Assembly (NCBI GenBank): GCA_963750165.1
Contig: CAVVPN010000011.1
Span: 672,001-736,000 of the forward strand
Reading direction: 5' to 3'
Source of the DNA: an uncultured Gemmataceae bacterium
GTDB lineage: Bacteria > Planctomycetota > Planctomycetia > Gemmatales > Gemmataceae
DNA: 64,000 bases
Positions 52,401 through 61,501 of the stretch are shown here, one piece after another. Position 1 is the first letter of the stretch. Each line of letters starts with the position of its first letter. Under the pieces are notes generated by a model. That model had not been told where the DNA came from and did not search any database. It saw nothing but the letters and a program-made list of their open reading frames with translations. A program made the translations under genes and the position numbers.

Positions 52401-55400
52401 CTGCCTGGCCTCGGTGGCCGACCTGGTGGACGAAATCGTCGTCACTGACACCGGCTCGACGGATCAGACCAAGGAGGTGGCCGCAAAGTTCGGGGCGAAG
52501 GTGGTGAACTTCGCCTGGCAGGACAGCTTCGCCGCCGCGCGCAACGCCGCGCTGGTGAACGCCACCGGCGACTGGGTGCTGTGGCTGGACGCCGACGAGC
52601 ACCTCGACGAGCAGAACCGCGGCCGGCTGCGCGCCCTGCTGGAGCGGCTGGGCCGGGAGAACGTCGGCTACCTAATGCGGCAGCACTCGCCGCTGGAGGG
52701 GCCGGGCCAGGCGGCCGTCGTGGACCAGGTGCGGCTCTTCCCGCGCCACCCGGGCCTGCGCTGGCGCCACCGCGTCCATGAGCAGATCCTGCCGGGGCTG
52801 CGCGAGCTGGGGGCCGACGTGCGGGCCAGCGGCGTGGTCGTCACGCACACCGGCTACACCGACCCGGCCCTGCAGGGACCCAAGGTTGAGCGCAACCTGC
52901 GGCTGCTGCTGCTCGACCACGCGGAGCACCCCGAGGAGCCGTTCACGCTGTACAACCTAGGGGCGGTGGCCCTGACGCGGAGGCGGCCCGCGGAGGCTCT
53001 GGACTGGCTGACGCGCAGCCTCCGGCACAGCCGGCCGCGCGACTCGCTGCTGCGCAAACTGCATGCGCTGCTGGCCCGCTGCCGCCACCAGCTGGGCCAG
53101 CCCGAGGAGGCGCTGGCGGCCTGCCGGGCGGGGCTGCGGCTCTACCCCGATGACGCCGAGTTGCTCTTCTGCGAGGCGGTGGTGCGCCGCGCCCGGCGGG
53201 ACCTGGAGGGGGCGGCGGCGTGCCTGCGGCGGCTGTTGCGGGCGCCGGCCCGAGTCAGCCTGTCCGGTGCCGACGCCCTGCTGCGCGGCCCCCGGGCGCA
53301 CCAGCAATTGGCCGAGGTGCTGCAGGAGCAGGGTCGGGCGGCCGAGGCGGAGGTACACTGGCGGGCGGCGCTGGCGGGCTGCCCGGCGCTGGCCGTCGCC
53401 CGGCTGGGGCTGGCGCGGCTGTACCTGGGGCAGGGCCGCTGGGACGAACTAGAGCGCGTCGTGGCAGGGCTGGGGGGCGAGCCGCGGCTGGCGGCGGAGG
53501 CGGCGCTGCTGCGCGGCGAGGGGCTGCTGGCCCGGCGGGAGTACGCGGCGGCCCGTGCGGCGCTGGCGGCGGCGGCCGCGGCCCGCCCGCGGGCAGTACG
53601 GCCGCGGCTGCTGCTGAGCCGCGCCTGGCTGCAGGAGGGCCGGGATCCGGAGGCCGCCGAGCGAGCGCTGCGCGACGTGCTGGAACTGGACCCCGGCCAG
53701 CCCGAGGCGCGGCACAACCTGGACGTGCTGCTGCGCGAACAGGGCAGGCCCGCGGGTGACGTCGCGGCGGGGGCGGTCGCGCGGCCGTGGGTCTCCGTTA
53801 CGATGATCGTCAAGGACGAGGAGGCAAACCTGCCCGACTGCCTGGAGTCGATCCGCGGCCTGGCGGACGAACTCATCGTCGTGGACACCGGCTCGTCCGA
53901 CCGCACGAAAGAAGTGGCGGCCCGCTACGGGGCGAAGGTGTACGACTTTCAGTGGCGGGACAGCTTCGCGGCGGCGCGCAACGAGGCGCTGCGGCACGCG
54001 ACGGGGGCGTGGGTCTTCTGGCTGGACGCGGACGACCGCCTCGACGAAGAAAACCGCGCGAAGCTCCGCGGCCTGTTCGCCACCTTGAAGGACGAGCCGG
54101 CGGCCTACCGGATGACGTGCCTGTGCCTGGCCGGGCCGGACGGCCGGGAGACCGAGGTAGACCACCTGCGGCTGTTCCGCAACCACCCGCAGCTGCGCTG
54201 GGACTACCGCGTCCACGAGCAGGTCCTGCCGGCGGTGCGCCGCCTGGGCCACGCGGTGCGCCGCGCGGGCGTGGTGGTCCGCCACGCCGGTTACCGGGAC
54301 CCGGCGGTGCTGGCTCGCAAGCGGGACCGCGACCTGCGCCTGCTGGAACTGGAGGCCCGGGAGCGGCCGGCCGACCCGTTCGTGCTGTTCAACCTGGGCC
54401 AGGCGCTGCACCACCGGGGGCGGACGGAACAGGCGCTGGCCTGCTTCCGCAAGAGCCTGGCGGGCTCGGCCCCCACGGACTCGATCGTGCGCAAACTGTA
54501 CGCACTGATCGCCCAGGGCCTGCTGCGGCTGGGCCGGACCCGCGAGGCGCTGGCGGCCTGCCGGGAGGGGCTGGGGCGCTGCCCGGACGACCTGGAGCTG
54601 CTGTTCGAGGAGGGGGCCCTGCTCCGCGGCCAGGGGGACGCGGCCGGGGCGGTGGCCTGCTGGGAGTGGTGCCTGCGGCTGCCGCCGGGGGAATACTTCG
54701 GCAGCGTCAACCCGGGGCTGCGCGGCCACGTCACTCGCCACCAACTGGCGCTGGCCTACCGCGACCTGGGGAGGCCGGCGGACGCCGAGGCGCAGTGGCG
54801 GGCGGCGCTGGCGGAGCGGCCCGACTACGAGCCGGCCTGGCGCGGCCTGGCCGAACTGCTCAACGCCCAGGAGCGCTGGGTCGAGGGGCGGGAACTGGCG
54901 CAGCAGGCGGCCGGTCCGATGGGGCTGCTGTTCGTGGCCTGCCTGCGCGGCCGCACCCAGCTGGCCCGCAAGAACTTCGCAGAGGCCCGCAGGCGCCTAT
55001 CCGACGCGGTGGAACGCTGGCCGCGGGCGGCCGAGCCGCGGGCGCTGCTCAGCCACGCGCTGCTGCAGGAGGGCCAGGACAGGCCGGCGGCCGAGCAGGC
55101 TCTGCGCGACCTGATTGGGGTGCACCCCGGCAACGACGAGGCGCGGAACAATCTCGCGGTACTGCTCCGCCGGCAGGGCCGCTTCGCGGACGGGGCGGTG
55201 CCGCCGGAGTTGACGCTGGCCGACCTGTACCGGAGGTTCTGCCGCGTGACGTCGGCATCGGGTGAGCAAATGTCGGCGCTGTACCTGCTGGCGCGGCAGT
55301 GCCGGCGCGTGGCCGTACTCGGCGCCGCGCGGGAAGGGGCCGTGACGGCGCTGCTGTTCGCCGGCCCCGCCGCCCTGACGTTGTGCGGCCTGACGCGCCC

Positions 55401-55767
55401 TCCGGAGGCAGACTTGGTGGCGCCGCTGGCGGGGCAGACGCGGTTCATCGTCCAAGAGGCGGACGCGCTGACGGCGGCGCCCGCAGAGACGGACCTGCTG
55501 GTCATGAGTGGCTGGCGCGCCTACGACCAACTCCAGGAAGGGCTGGGGCGGCACGCCGGCACGGTCGCTCAGTTTATCGTGCTGGACGGGGTGGCCGACT
55601 TCGGCGCGCCGCAGGGGGCCGGCGGCTACCGGGGGCCGTGGCCGGCGGTCGAGGAGTTCCTGGCCCGGGGTGACTTCCGCCTGCGTGAGCGGCTGGGCGG
55701 GGGCAGCGGCCTGACCGTGCTGGAGCGCGCTGCGCCGGTGACGGATCGTGGCCACCGCAGACAGTAG
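49438..55767 (+). CDS. 2109-aa multidomain glycosyltransferase: CgeB-like GT, TPR, GT4, two GT2-TPR modules, C-terminal methyltransferase-like domain
   Basis: RAKIVFN..NQRVWEA.AAGALL; RKGFDVLL..YRGEGFGLPIAEAMACG; twice VS.TMIVK.EE..DTGS.D..WLDAD..HEQ; ETDLL....W..YDQL..FIVLD. Confidence 0.93.
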   Translation: MPRHLYGPVRRAFADDHLRAFRARGECLAFGPEPGLDLTVGPADSWEEIRARLPAGWEPDFVALRPDAYLPVPAGLWPAPVPLVALAGDWHLLWHALRLQLPRCELVLSDAAGAETLARQGLGHARPALLYGCGDSWADAAAPDGPRDLDVVFVGSCRSATQGGRLPWLARLAALAGRRRVVIAAGVFGADYRALLGRAKIVFNHAVRGECNQRVWEAVAAGALLFQEAGNREVPRLLADRREFVAYDDANLEGLLDHYLDQEGERRAVAAAARSRLPEFTFARLWGQQLDRIDRALPGLRERAGRRRQAPDELLALRLGQLLHCPAGSDPNLVAALRVAADARPSAAALNALAVALAHGAGGAGAVGEPLGLLRRAAAADPAHPVVGLNLAEALAAAGDVAAAAQQAHRVVGLLDGPGADAAAWDAPPWPAGFDHLRVAWERAAWQHAGDPAAEARAKAELARWRLRALVARHSRRPDDFRAAVRERPDLPPTRAALGLALAHAGRPAEASAELRLALAAAPFDRQTARALYAALGAAADWPGQHRLAHDRLRLHRAAPGLVPAEPWFPDGPTPAADAATLAEGPVGVAWEGNLYALFSMALVNRALAARLSGHGIDLTLLPTDRPGAAPLPPELAGRCHDAPAEGVEVHVRHGWPPDWSPPPSGRWVVYQHWEYGSLPREWLRPLAEQADEVWVMSAYARRCFVQSGVPADRVFVVPGGVDIAALTRPRPPFPLRTQKRFRFLFVGGTLARKGFDVLLAAYALAFRRADDVCLVVKDLGAASFYQGQTAGEAVARLQADPDAPEVEYLDRDLGEDELASLYQSCHCLAYPYRGEGFGLPIAEAMACGLAVIVTGHGAALDFCDEQTAYLVPARERRFAHKRVGDLETVDHPWLAEPDAGVLCRLLRHVVEHPEEARAKGRAAAAYAAAHLTWERAADRVLERLRHLGHRPTRRPGRPAAVAPAPAGPRPRVSLTMIVKNEEQNLPVCLASVADLVDEIVVTDTGSTDQTKEVAAKFGAKVVNFAWQDSFAAARNAALVNATGDWVLWLDADEHLDEQNRGRLRALLERLGRENVGYLMRQHSPLEGPGQAAVVDQVRLFPRHPGLRWRHRVHEQILPGLRELGADVRASGVVVTHTGYTDPALQGPKVERNLRLLLLDHAEHPEEPFTLYNLGAVALTRRRPAEALDWLTRSLRHSRPRDSLLRKLHALLARCRHQLGQPEEALAACRAGLRLYPDDAELLFCEAVVRRARRDLEGAAACLRRLLRAPARVSLSGADALLRGPRAHQQLAEVLQEQGRAAEAEVHWRAALAGCPALAVARLGLARLYLGQGRWDELERVVAGLGGEPRLAAEAALLRGEGLLARREYAAARAALAAAAAARPRAVRPRLLLSRAWLQEGRDPEAAERALRDVLELDPGQPEARHNLDVLLREQGRPAGDVAAGAVARPWVSVTMIVKDEEANLPDCLESIRGLADELIVVDTGSSDRTKEVAARYGAKVYDFQWRDSFAAARNEALRHATGAWVFWLDADDRLDEENRAKLRGLFATLKDEPAAYRMTCLCLAGPDGRETEVDHLRLFRNHPQLRWDYRVHEQVLPAVRRLGHAVRRAGVVVRHAGYRDPAVLARKRDRDLRLLELEARERPADPFVLFNLGQALHHRGRTEQALACFRKSLAGSAPTDSIVRKLYALIAQGLLRLGRTREALAACREGLGRCPDDLELLFEEGALLRGQGDAAGAVACWEWCLRLPPGEYFGSVNPGLRGHVTRHQLALAYRDLGRPADAEAQWRAALAERPDYEPAWRGLAELLNAQERWVEGRELAQQAAGPMGLLFVACLRGRTQLARKNFAEARRRLSDAVERWPRAAEPRALLSHALLQEGQDRPAAEQALRDLIGVHPGNDEARNNLAVLLRRQGRFADGAVPPELTLADLYRRFCRVTSASGEQMSALYLLARQCRRVAVLGAAREGAVTALLFAGPAALTLCGLTRPPEADLVAPLAGQTRFIVQEADALTAAPAETDLLVMSGWRAYDQLQEGLGRHAGTVAQFIVLDGVADFGAPQGAGGYRGPWPAVEEFLARGDFRLRERLGGGSGLTVLERAAPVTDRGHRRQ

Positions 55768-56122
55768 CTCGGGCAGGTTGCAGCCCGGGAATAGGCGCGG
55801 AACCCGACGTGGGCGGACGTGGTCGAATCGATACCCGACCCCACCGACGAGTAACGCTAACCCGTACCCGCCTCGGAAGAGGCCAAGAACGGTGTCCCGC
55901 CTGTGGAGATTGGTGTCGCTTGTTGTCAGTCAACCTGAAAACCGGACGTGAGAAACGGACCTGCCGTAAGCCTCAAACGATATGCCGCTTATGCTTCCGG
56001 CTGCCTTTCGCCGAGAAAATCGTGGCTCATCCGGAACTCGGTCAGGGGTGACATTTTCTGCCCCGACCAGTCGGGAATGCCGGCGATGGGGTTTGAGCAA
56101 AGCGCTGAGAGTCGATACTTAC

Positions 56123-56219
56123 CGCGCTTTTCACGCTTTCCGCGCGGCAGTCGCCTAGCGTCCGCCAGCGGCGCTCTTTGAAGCCTACCAAGGGGTGCGC
56201 GGAAAGCGTGAAAAGCGCG
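56123..56219. repeat. Perfect 23-bp inverted repeat downstream of primase (candidate origin)
   Basis: CGCGCTTTTCACGCTTTCCGCGC 56123-56145 and its reverse complement 56197-56219. Confidence 0.8.
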
Positions 56220-56233
56220 ATAAGGGGGGCCGG

Positions 56234-58627
56234 TCAGCCTGCCTTCCTCACGTGCAGGGCAAACCACCGCTCCGCCGGCCGGCCGGCCGTCTCCTGCCGC
56301 TCAAACCGGGCCAGCCGGTGCTGCAACAGCAAGTTCATGGCGATGTCAAAGCGATCCGATTTCAGGTGACGCCCGAAGTGGTCTCGCAGTTCGTTCCGTG
56401 TAAGCCCGCCGGGACAAGTCGTCAGCAGCCGCAGCACCTCGTCGGCCACCGGGTCGCCCAGGCTGTTGCCGAAGATGTAGCAGACCGACCGCTCGACGTA
56501 CCGCCACAGCGCCAGCGCCGCCTGCAAGTGCTCGGCGCGGATGACCGCGGAGCGGTCGAGCAGCGCGTAGATCATCGCCAGCCGCATGACGTGCGCCTCG
56601 CCCCGCCCCAGCAGCGACCCGGCCAACCCCGGCCAGCCTTCGCTGAGGTCGGCGTACACTTCACACCAGAGCCGGCGGGCGACGTCATCCCGAGCCACCA
56701 CGCCGGCCGACTGTGCGAAGCGGACTGCCTCCACGAGTTCTCCGGCCAACTGCGACCAGGCGGTCGGGTCCACCTGGCCCCCTTCGGGGAGCAACTTTGA
56801 GCGGTCGGCGCAGAGCCACAGGTGGCGGTTGCCGAAGCCGTTGGCCGTCTCCGTCACGGTCAGGTAGCGGCGCAGCTCGTCGGTGGTGATGTGGCCGATC
56901 AGGCTAACGTGCGCGTCGGTGGACCTGGCGGGTGCGTTCTTCGTCAGCGTGGACAGGGCCTGTCCGTCCCACGCCTGCCGCAACGCCGCGGAGAGCGTGT
57001 TGCCCTGCCGCTCCGTCTGCTTGAGCACGTTGGCGAACTCCGGCTCGTAGACCAGCAGCCGCTTGTCCGTGGCGCCGGCGTCAGCCTCCGCATCCTCGCG
57101 TGCAATGTCCTCGTCGTCGGCCTTGCCGCGCTTCCGCTTGCCGTCCGGGTCGCGCACCGACCAGATGAGTCCCTCGCCGCTGGACAGCCCGGACTGGATG
57201 CGGTCGCTGAGCCACCCGGGGTCCACGTCGCGGAACAGCCCGCTCACGCGGCCCCAGCTGGTCCCCTTGCGCGCCTTGCTGCTGCGTCCGACCAGCACCG
57301 CGAATTCGTTGGCGAAGTGGCGGTCGGACTCGACGACGAAGTGCGCGCCCCGGCCGATGGCGTTGCCGAAGGCGACCAGCGTCTGCACGAGCAGGGCAGC
57401 CGGGTCGGCTTCGGAGGCGGGCTCGATGAGGCGGACGATTTTACCCGCCAGGCCGCAATACGCCGGCTCGTCCGGCGGCTGCGGCCAGTTCGTCAACACG
57501 AGGGGTGACACGTCCCGGCCCGAGCCCGCGGCGGCAACCAGGCGCTGCCCGCCGTAGCCCTGGTCGGCCAGGTCGCGGGCCGCGGCCGCGTAGTCCCCGC
57601 CGTGCTTCAGCGTGGCGTAGGCGGCGAACTTGCTGTAGGGCTTCCGAGGCTGGAACGGGCTGGCGTTGGTGGAGAAGACGTACAGCCGGTCGGTGCCGTC
57701 CAGGCCCTTGCAGTGCCCCGTGGTGGCGGACCAGTCGGTCCGCTTGCCCGGCCGCCTCCAGTAGCGGACCTCGCTGGTCTGGCGGACGCACTCCCACCCC
57801 TCCAGGAGGTCCGACCAGTCCGGCCCCCGCCGCCCGAAGTCATCGCCGGGCCGGTCACCCACGCTGCCGGCACCGTCCCCGGGGTATTCCAGGGAAGCCG
57901 GCGTGCGGTCCAGGGACCGGGCCAGGGCCAGCAGCATCTCGCGCTCTTCCGCAGTCACTGCGGGCAACTCGGTCAACCTGGGGCCATCGCTGTGTTGATA
58001 GAGGCCGCGCGTTTCGTGGCACTCCGGTGGACATCCGGGTGCAAGAGCCTGACCGCCCTGGCCCCGCGTCTCGATCAACGTTTGCAGCTTGGGGCTGCCG
58101 TTGTCCAGGAAGACCGGCTTACCCTCGCGGTCGATGACCTGGGTCTCGGCCAACGTGGTGTTGCCGCCGATCTTCACGCCGGGGCAGCGGTACCAGCAGT
58201 GGTAGCCGGCCGGCCGCCGGGGCGTCCTGACGACGCACAGCTTGTCGCGAAGGCCAGGCGCCTGGGCGTCCACCAGCTCGAACCACAGGCGGAGCTGGCT
58301 CTCGGCGTCGTGGTCAAAATCGATCACTTCCAGGCCGCCGGAAGGCGACCCGCACACCAGCCCGATGCCGCACTTGCCGTCTGCAAACCACTTCTCCAGT
58401 TCTTGTAGGGTCGGCATCCCGTGGCTCTGCCAGTTGCGGTACATCGGCCGCTTGCTGCCGTCCAGCCGGACCGGCGTCACGCACAGGCCGGCCGCGACAT
58501 AGGCGCGTGCAACGTCCAGCACGGACGAACGGCCTTTCCGGCTTGAGTCGTGCGTTCCGGGCTGCTCGTCGAGGGCCGGCGCGGTGTTGGTTTGGCTCAC
58601 CGCAGGAGTCTCTGAAGTAGTGCCCAT
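56234..58627 (-). CDS. Bifunctional primase-polymerase fused to DUF3987/YfjI-like domain
   Basis: IGLVCG..SGGLEVIDFD, GYHCWYR, IETRGQGG; VGRSSKARKG, SSGEGL, EPEF, GFGNR. Confidence 0.9.
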   Translation of the reverse strand: MGTTSETPAVSQTNTAPALDEQPGTHDSSRKGRSSVLDVARAYVAAGLCVTPVRLDGSKRPMYRNWQSHGMPTLQELEKWFADGKCGIGLVCGSPSGGLEVIDFDHDAESQLRLWFELVDAQAPGLRDKLCVVRTPRRPAGYHCWYRCPGVKIGGNTTLAETQVIDREGKPVFLDNGSPKLQTLIETRGQGGQALAPGCPPECHETRGLYQHSDGPRLTELPAVTAEEREMLLALARSLDRTPASLEYPGDGAGSVGDRPGDDFGRRGPDWSDLLEGWECVRQTSEVRYWRRPGKRTDWSATTGHCKGLDGTDRLYVFSTNASPFQPRKPYSKFAAYATLKHGGDYAAAARDLADQGYGGQRLVAAAGSGRDVSPLVLTNWPQPPDEPAYCGLAGKIVRLIEPASEADPAALLVQTLVAFGNAIGRGAHFVVESDRHFANEFAVLVGRSSKARKGTSWGRVSGLFRDVDPGWLSDRIQSGLSSGEGLIWSVRDPDGKRKRGKADDEDIAREDAEADAGATDKRLLVYEPEFANVLKQTERQGNTLSAALRQAWDGQALSTLTKNAPARSTDAHVSLIGHITTDELRRYLTVTETANGFGNRHLWLCADRSKLLPEGGQVDPTAWSQLAGELVEAVRFAQSAGVVARDDVARRLWCEVYADLSEGWPGLAGSLLGRGEAHVMRLAMIYALLDRSAVIRAEHLQAALALWRYVERSVCYIFGNSLGDPVADEVLRLLTTCPGGLTRNELRDHFGRHLKSDRFDIAMNLLLQHRLARFERQETAGRPAERWFALHVRKAG

Positions 58628-58938
58628 AATCCCTCCAACGTGCCGGCCGCGGCCGTACAGGCGTTCGGCTGGCGTAGGATTTGTTCCGGGTAGCGTTATC
58701 CTGAGCAGATCGGCGGTTACCGGCGGGCGCTGCGGAATGACCCGTCGGTAATTCGCGGCGCCCGACGATGACCACCTTGATTCACGGCTGAGAACTGCTC
58801 ACCAGTGCACGTGCGGCATAGTCCTTCAAGGATCGCCATGACAGACAGCAGGGTCTGCCGAACCTGGCGTTCGCGAAGTGGCCGGCCGTCATCTGGTAGC
58901 CCTTTTCCCGGGCGGGTTCAAAAACCTTGGGGTTCGTT

Positions 58939-59214
58939 TCACGGCGCGTCACATTGGTCGTCGGACTGCGGCGTGGCAGGCGCCACGCCGCTGCGCTTCT
59001 GATGGATGTGGTGTGCGGCATCCCGCTGTTGTCGGAGCTTGCCGAGGTAGCCGCTGACATCGTCTTCGAGCCAGCGCACCCACTTGCGGTTCCGCCGCAT
59101 CGGTTGCGGGAACTCGCCGGCGGACACCATCTTGAAGAGGGTCCGCTTCGAGACGTGGAGGCGGTTGGCGACCTCGGCTGGGGTCAACAGGGGGTCTTTC
59201 ATTGTTGCGTTCAT
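58939..59214 (-). CDS. AlpA/excisionase family HTH protein
   Basis: LLTPAEVANRLHVSKRTLFKMVSAGEFPQP....VRW...DV. Confidence 0.9.
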   Translation of the reverse strand: MNATMKDPLLTPAEVANRLHVSKRTLFKMVSAGEFPQPMRRNRKWVRWLEDDVSGYLGKLRQQRDAAHHIHQKRSGVAPATPQSDDQCDAP

Positions 59215-59763
59215 GGTCACCGTGGGGTTCAAGGGTGCCGCCTTTCCCTGACGAAATCGCGGGCTTCAACGTGAAGGCCCGCCTTCTTCCCCCACTTTGG
59301 ACATACCGCGCGAGTCGAACCAAGAGGACCTGTTCAGGAATTTTTAGACTCGTCGCGCAATGTGATGGAGGATTGAGCGGTTTCGGGCAGAGGGGTGGTA
59401 GAGCGTGTCGGCGGCGGAATTCGGCAGCACGTGCGCGAGTTGGCATTGAACGGTGATCAGCGGTCAGTCATAATTCCCGCCCCTTCGAGTCATGTCACGG
59501 TGGCCTTTTTTGGTGACATTTGACGACAGGGCCGGTTCTTCGCAAGGTTGCGCCCGGGCAGGTTCATCGTATTTGAGACATCGAGGGTGATTCTTTCAAC
59601 AATCGGTAGGGCTGGCGGTAGGGAACGGGCTTCGTTCAACGGCGTTTTTCGGCCCCTACGCGCACCCAATTGCACCGGCATTGTTGTCGTAAGCTATTTC
59701 CAAGTTGCCCCTTGCGCATCCATGATCTTTCATCGTCCAAAAACGGCGTCGTGCCGGGATTTA

Positions 59764-59822
59764 CTTTGCTAAAGCGGCGTGGGTGTCAAAGCCCACCGCG
59801 GGTTCGAATCCCGCCCTCTCCG
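59764..59822 (+). repeat. attR: duplicated 3' 59 nt of tRNA-Ser
   Basis: Identical to 29945-30003. Confidence 0.97.
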
Positions 59823-60091
59823 TTTCACGTCAGGACTTACGACGAATGCCTTCGTTGAGAAGGAACCATTCCCAACGAGAGTTGGTAGGGAAACCGCTAC
59901 GCGTTTCCCTTCTCGCTTTTCACGTCCCTGGAAAGGGAAAAGTGGCAGACCGCCCCCGTCTTGCGGGTTTTTCCACTCCCGTGCGCCTCCCCGCGTGTCG
60001 CAATCGTCCGGCCGACATACGGGCAGGTGGCGAAATCCCCGGATCGACGCAGGGTTGCTGGCGCTGTTCAAAACTGCATCAGTCAAGCAAC

Positions 60092-61447
60092 TCATTTCAA
60101 CACCCGATCCGCAGCCGCCAAATGCAACTCGCGAATGCGCGCTTGCACTGGACGGCCTTCGTCGGTTCGCCCCGCGTGGTCGAAGTAGCTGACCTCATTT
60201 TCCAGGCTCGTCAGCAACAACGCCAGTTGGTCCTCCTGTTGAAACCGTTGTTGCGCCGCACGCAAGTGGTACAGCCCTTCCGCTTCCTTCGCCACGGTCA
60301 GGTAGGCCAGGCCGAGGTCGGCTTCGGCCTCAGCCCGGTAAGGGAAATCCGCAGTGGATTTCTCGACGGCCTGTTGCAGAAACACCAGCGCTTGCTGCGT
60401 TTGCCCTTCGTGCAATTTCCCGGACCCCAGCAGCGCCAACGCCGGCAAACGCCAGCCCAGATCGTTGGGCCGATCCGCCACGGCCGTGAGCAAACTGACG
60501 GCGGCGGGGGCTTGCTCCAGGGCGAGCAACGCCCGGGCCTGATACAGGCTCAGGAAATCGTCCCAGGGCGGGAACAAGCCGTGGCTGTCGGCACGCTTGA
60601 ACGCCGACAGGGCCGCCGACGCTTCCGAGCGCTGCAGCCGCGCGTTGCCGACCGCGAACCAAACCAGGGCCTCGGGCGTGAACTTCGCGTCGGCCGGCAA
60701 CTCGCGGAGCCGGGCGGGCAAGAGCGCCGCGAGGGCAACGCCCGCCTCCGTCGGCCAGGGGGTGTTCACGGGACGCTGAGCGGCGAGCTGTTCCCACAGG
60801 GCCGGCGCCGGCCAGCGCGTCGCCCAGCGGGCCGCCAGGAGGGCGGTCTGTTGCCAGGTCCGGGCGGCGGCCGGCAGCTGACCGAGGCGGCGCTGGGCTT
60901 CCGCTAACAACAGATTCGCCTGGAGTGCGTGGAACGGATACGGCGTCAGGTGGGCCTGATTTCTCTGGAGAAGATTGCCGGCATCGGTCCATCTGCGGCT
61001 GTTCATTAACTCCTGAGCTTTGACCAGGGTGTCCTCGGCTTGCTGCAAACCGCCGCGGCCGTGTCCTTGCAAACGCGCCTGCCAACCGTCGTCGTTGGGA
61101 TGTTGCAAACGCCGGTCCACGGCGCACGCCAACGCCAACTCCGCCGGACTGGCTGGCTGCCGGACGTTGTGCCGGCGCAGCGTGTCGATGGCAATGTCCA
61201 GCCGGCGCTGCAGCATCAGGTCCAGGGATGCATAACGTTGAGCCGCCAATTGTTCCTCGACCTTGTGCAGCAAGGCCACCCCATCCCCGTTCGCGCGGGT
61301 TTTCAGCTCCAGGCAATCGCCGTCACATTTCACTTGATATTTGAGGCCCGTCGCATCCTTGACGAACTGGTCGGACGAGTGCTGGCAACCCGCGCACAGC
61401 GCCAGCACCGACACCAACAACCAACTTCGCTTGGGGACGAGCCGCAT
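60092..61447 (-). CDS. TPR-like helical lipoprotein
   Basis: Lipobox CAGC after signal peptide; helical Ala/Leu repeats. Confidence 0.75.
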   Translation of the reverse strand: MRLVPKRSWLLVSVLALCAGCQHSSDQFVKDATGLKYQVKCDGDCLELKTRANGDGVALLHKVEEQLAAQRYASLDLMLQRRLDIAIDTLRRHNVRQPASPAELALACAVDRRLQHPNDDGWQARLQGHGRGGLQQAEDTLVKAQELMNSRRWTDAGNLLQRNQAHLTPYPFHALQANLLLAEAQRRLGQLPAAARTWQQTALLAARWATRWPAPALWEQLAAQRPVNTPWPTEAGVALAALLPARLRELPADAKFTPEALVWFAVGNARLQRSEASAALSAFKRADSHGLFPPWDDFLSLYQARALLALEQAPAAVSLLTAVADRPNDLGWRLPALALLGSGKLHEGQTQQALVFLQQAVEKSTADFPYRAEAEADLGLAYLTVAKEAEGLYHLRAAQQRFQQEDQLALLLTSLENEVSYFDHAGRTDEGRPVQARIRELHLAAADRVLK

Positions 61448-61501
61448 GGCGTAGGTCCTGTGAACCCGATGGATCCTGAAGGGCGAATTACATGAGAGGC
61501 A

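Larger units (their letters stand above)
29945..59822. mobile_element. Genomic island integrated in tRNA-Ser(GCT)
   Basis: 59-bp direct repeat at both ends; integrase at left end, AlpA and PrimPol at right end. Confidence 0.95.

Noticed and set aside
49432..52602. 1056-aa minus-strand ORF (likewise 31862-34573)
   Set aside because: Antisense to clearly recognisable GT/methyltransferase genes.
59764..59822. Second tRNA gene
   Set aside because: Lacks the 5' acceptor strand and D-arm; it is attR.
29945..59822. Prophage
   Set aside because: No structural, packaging or lysis genes.
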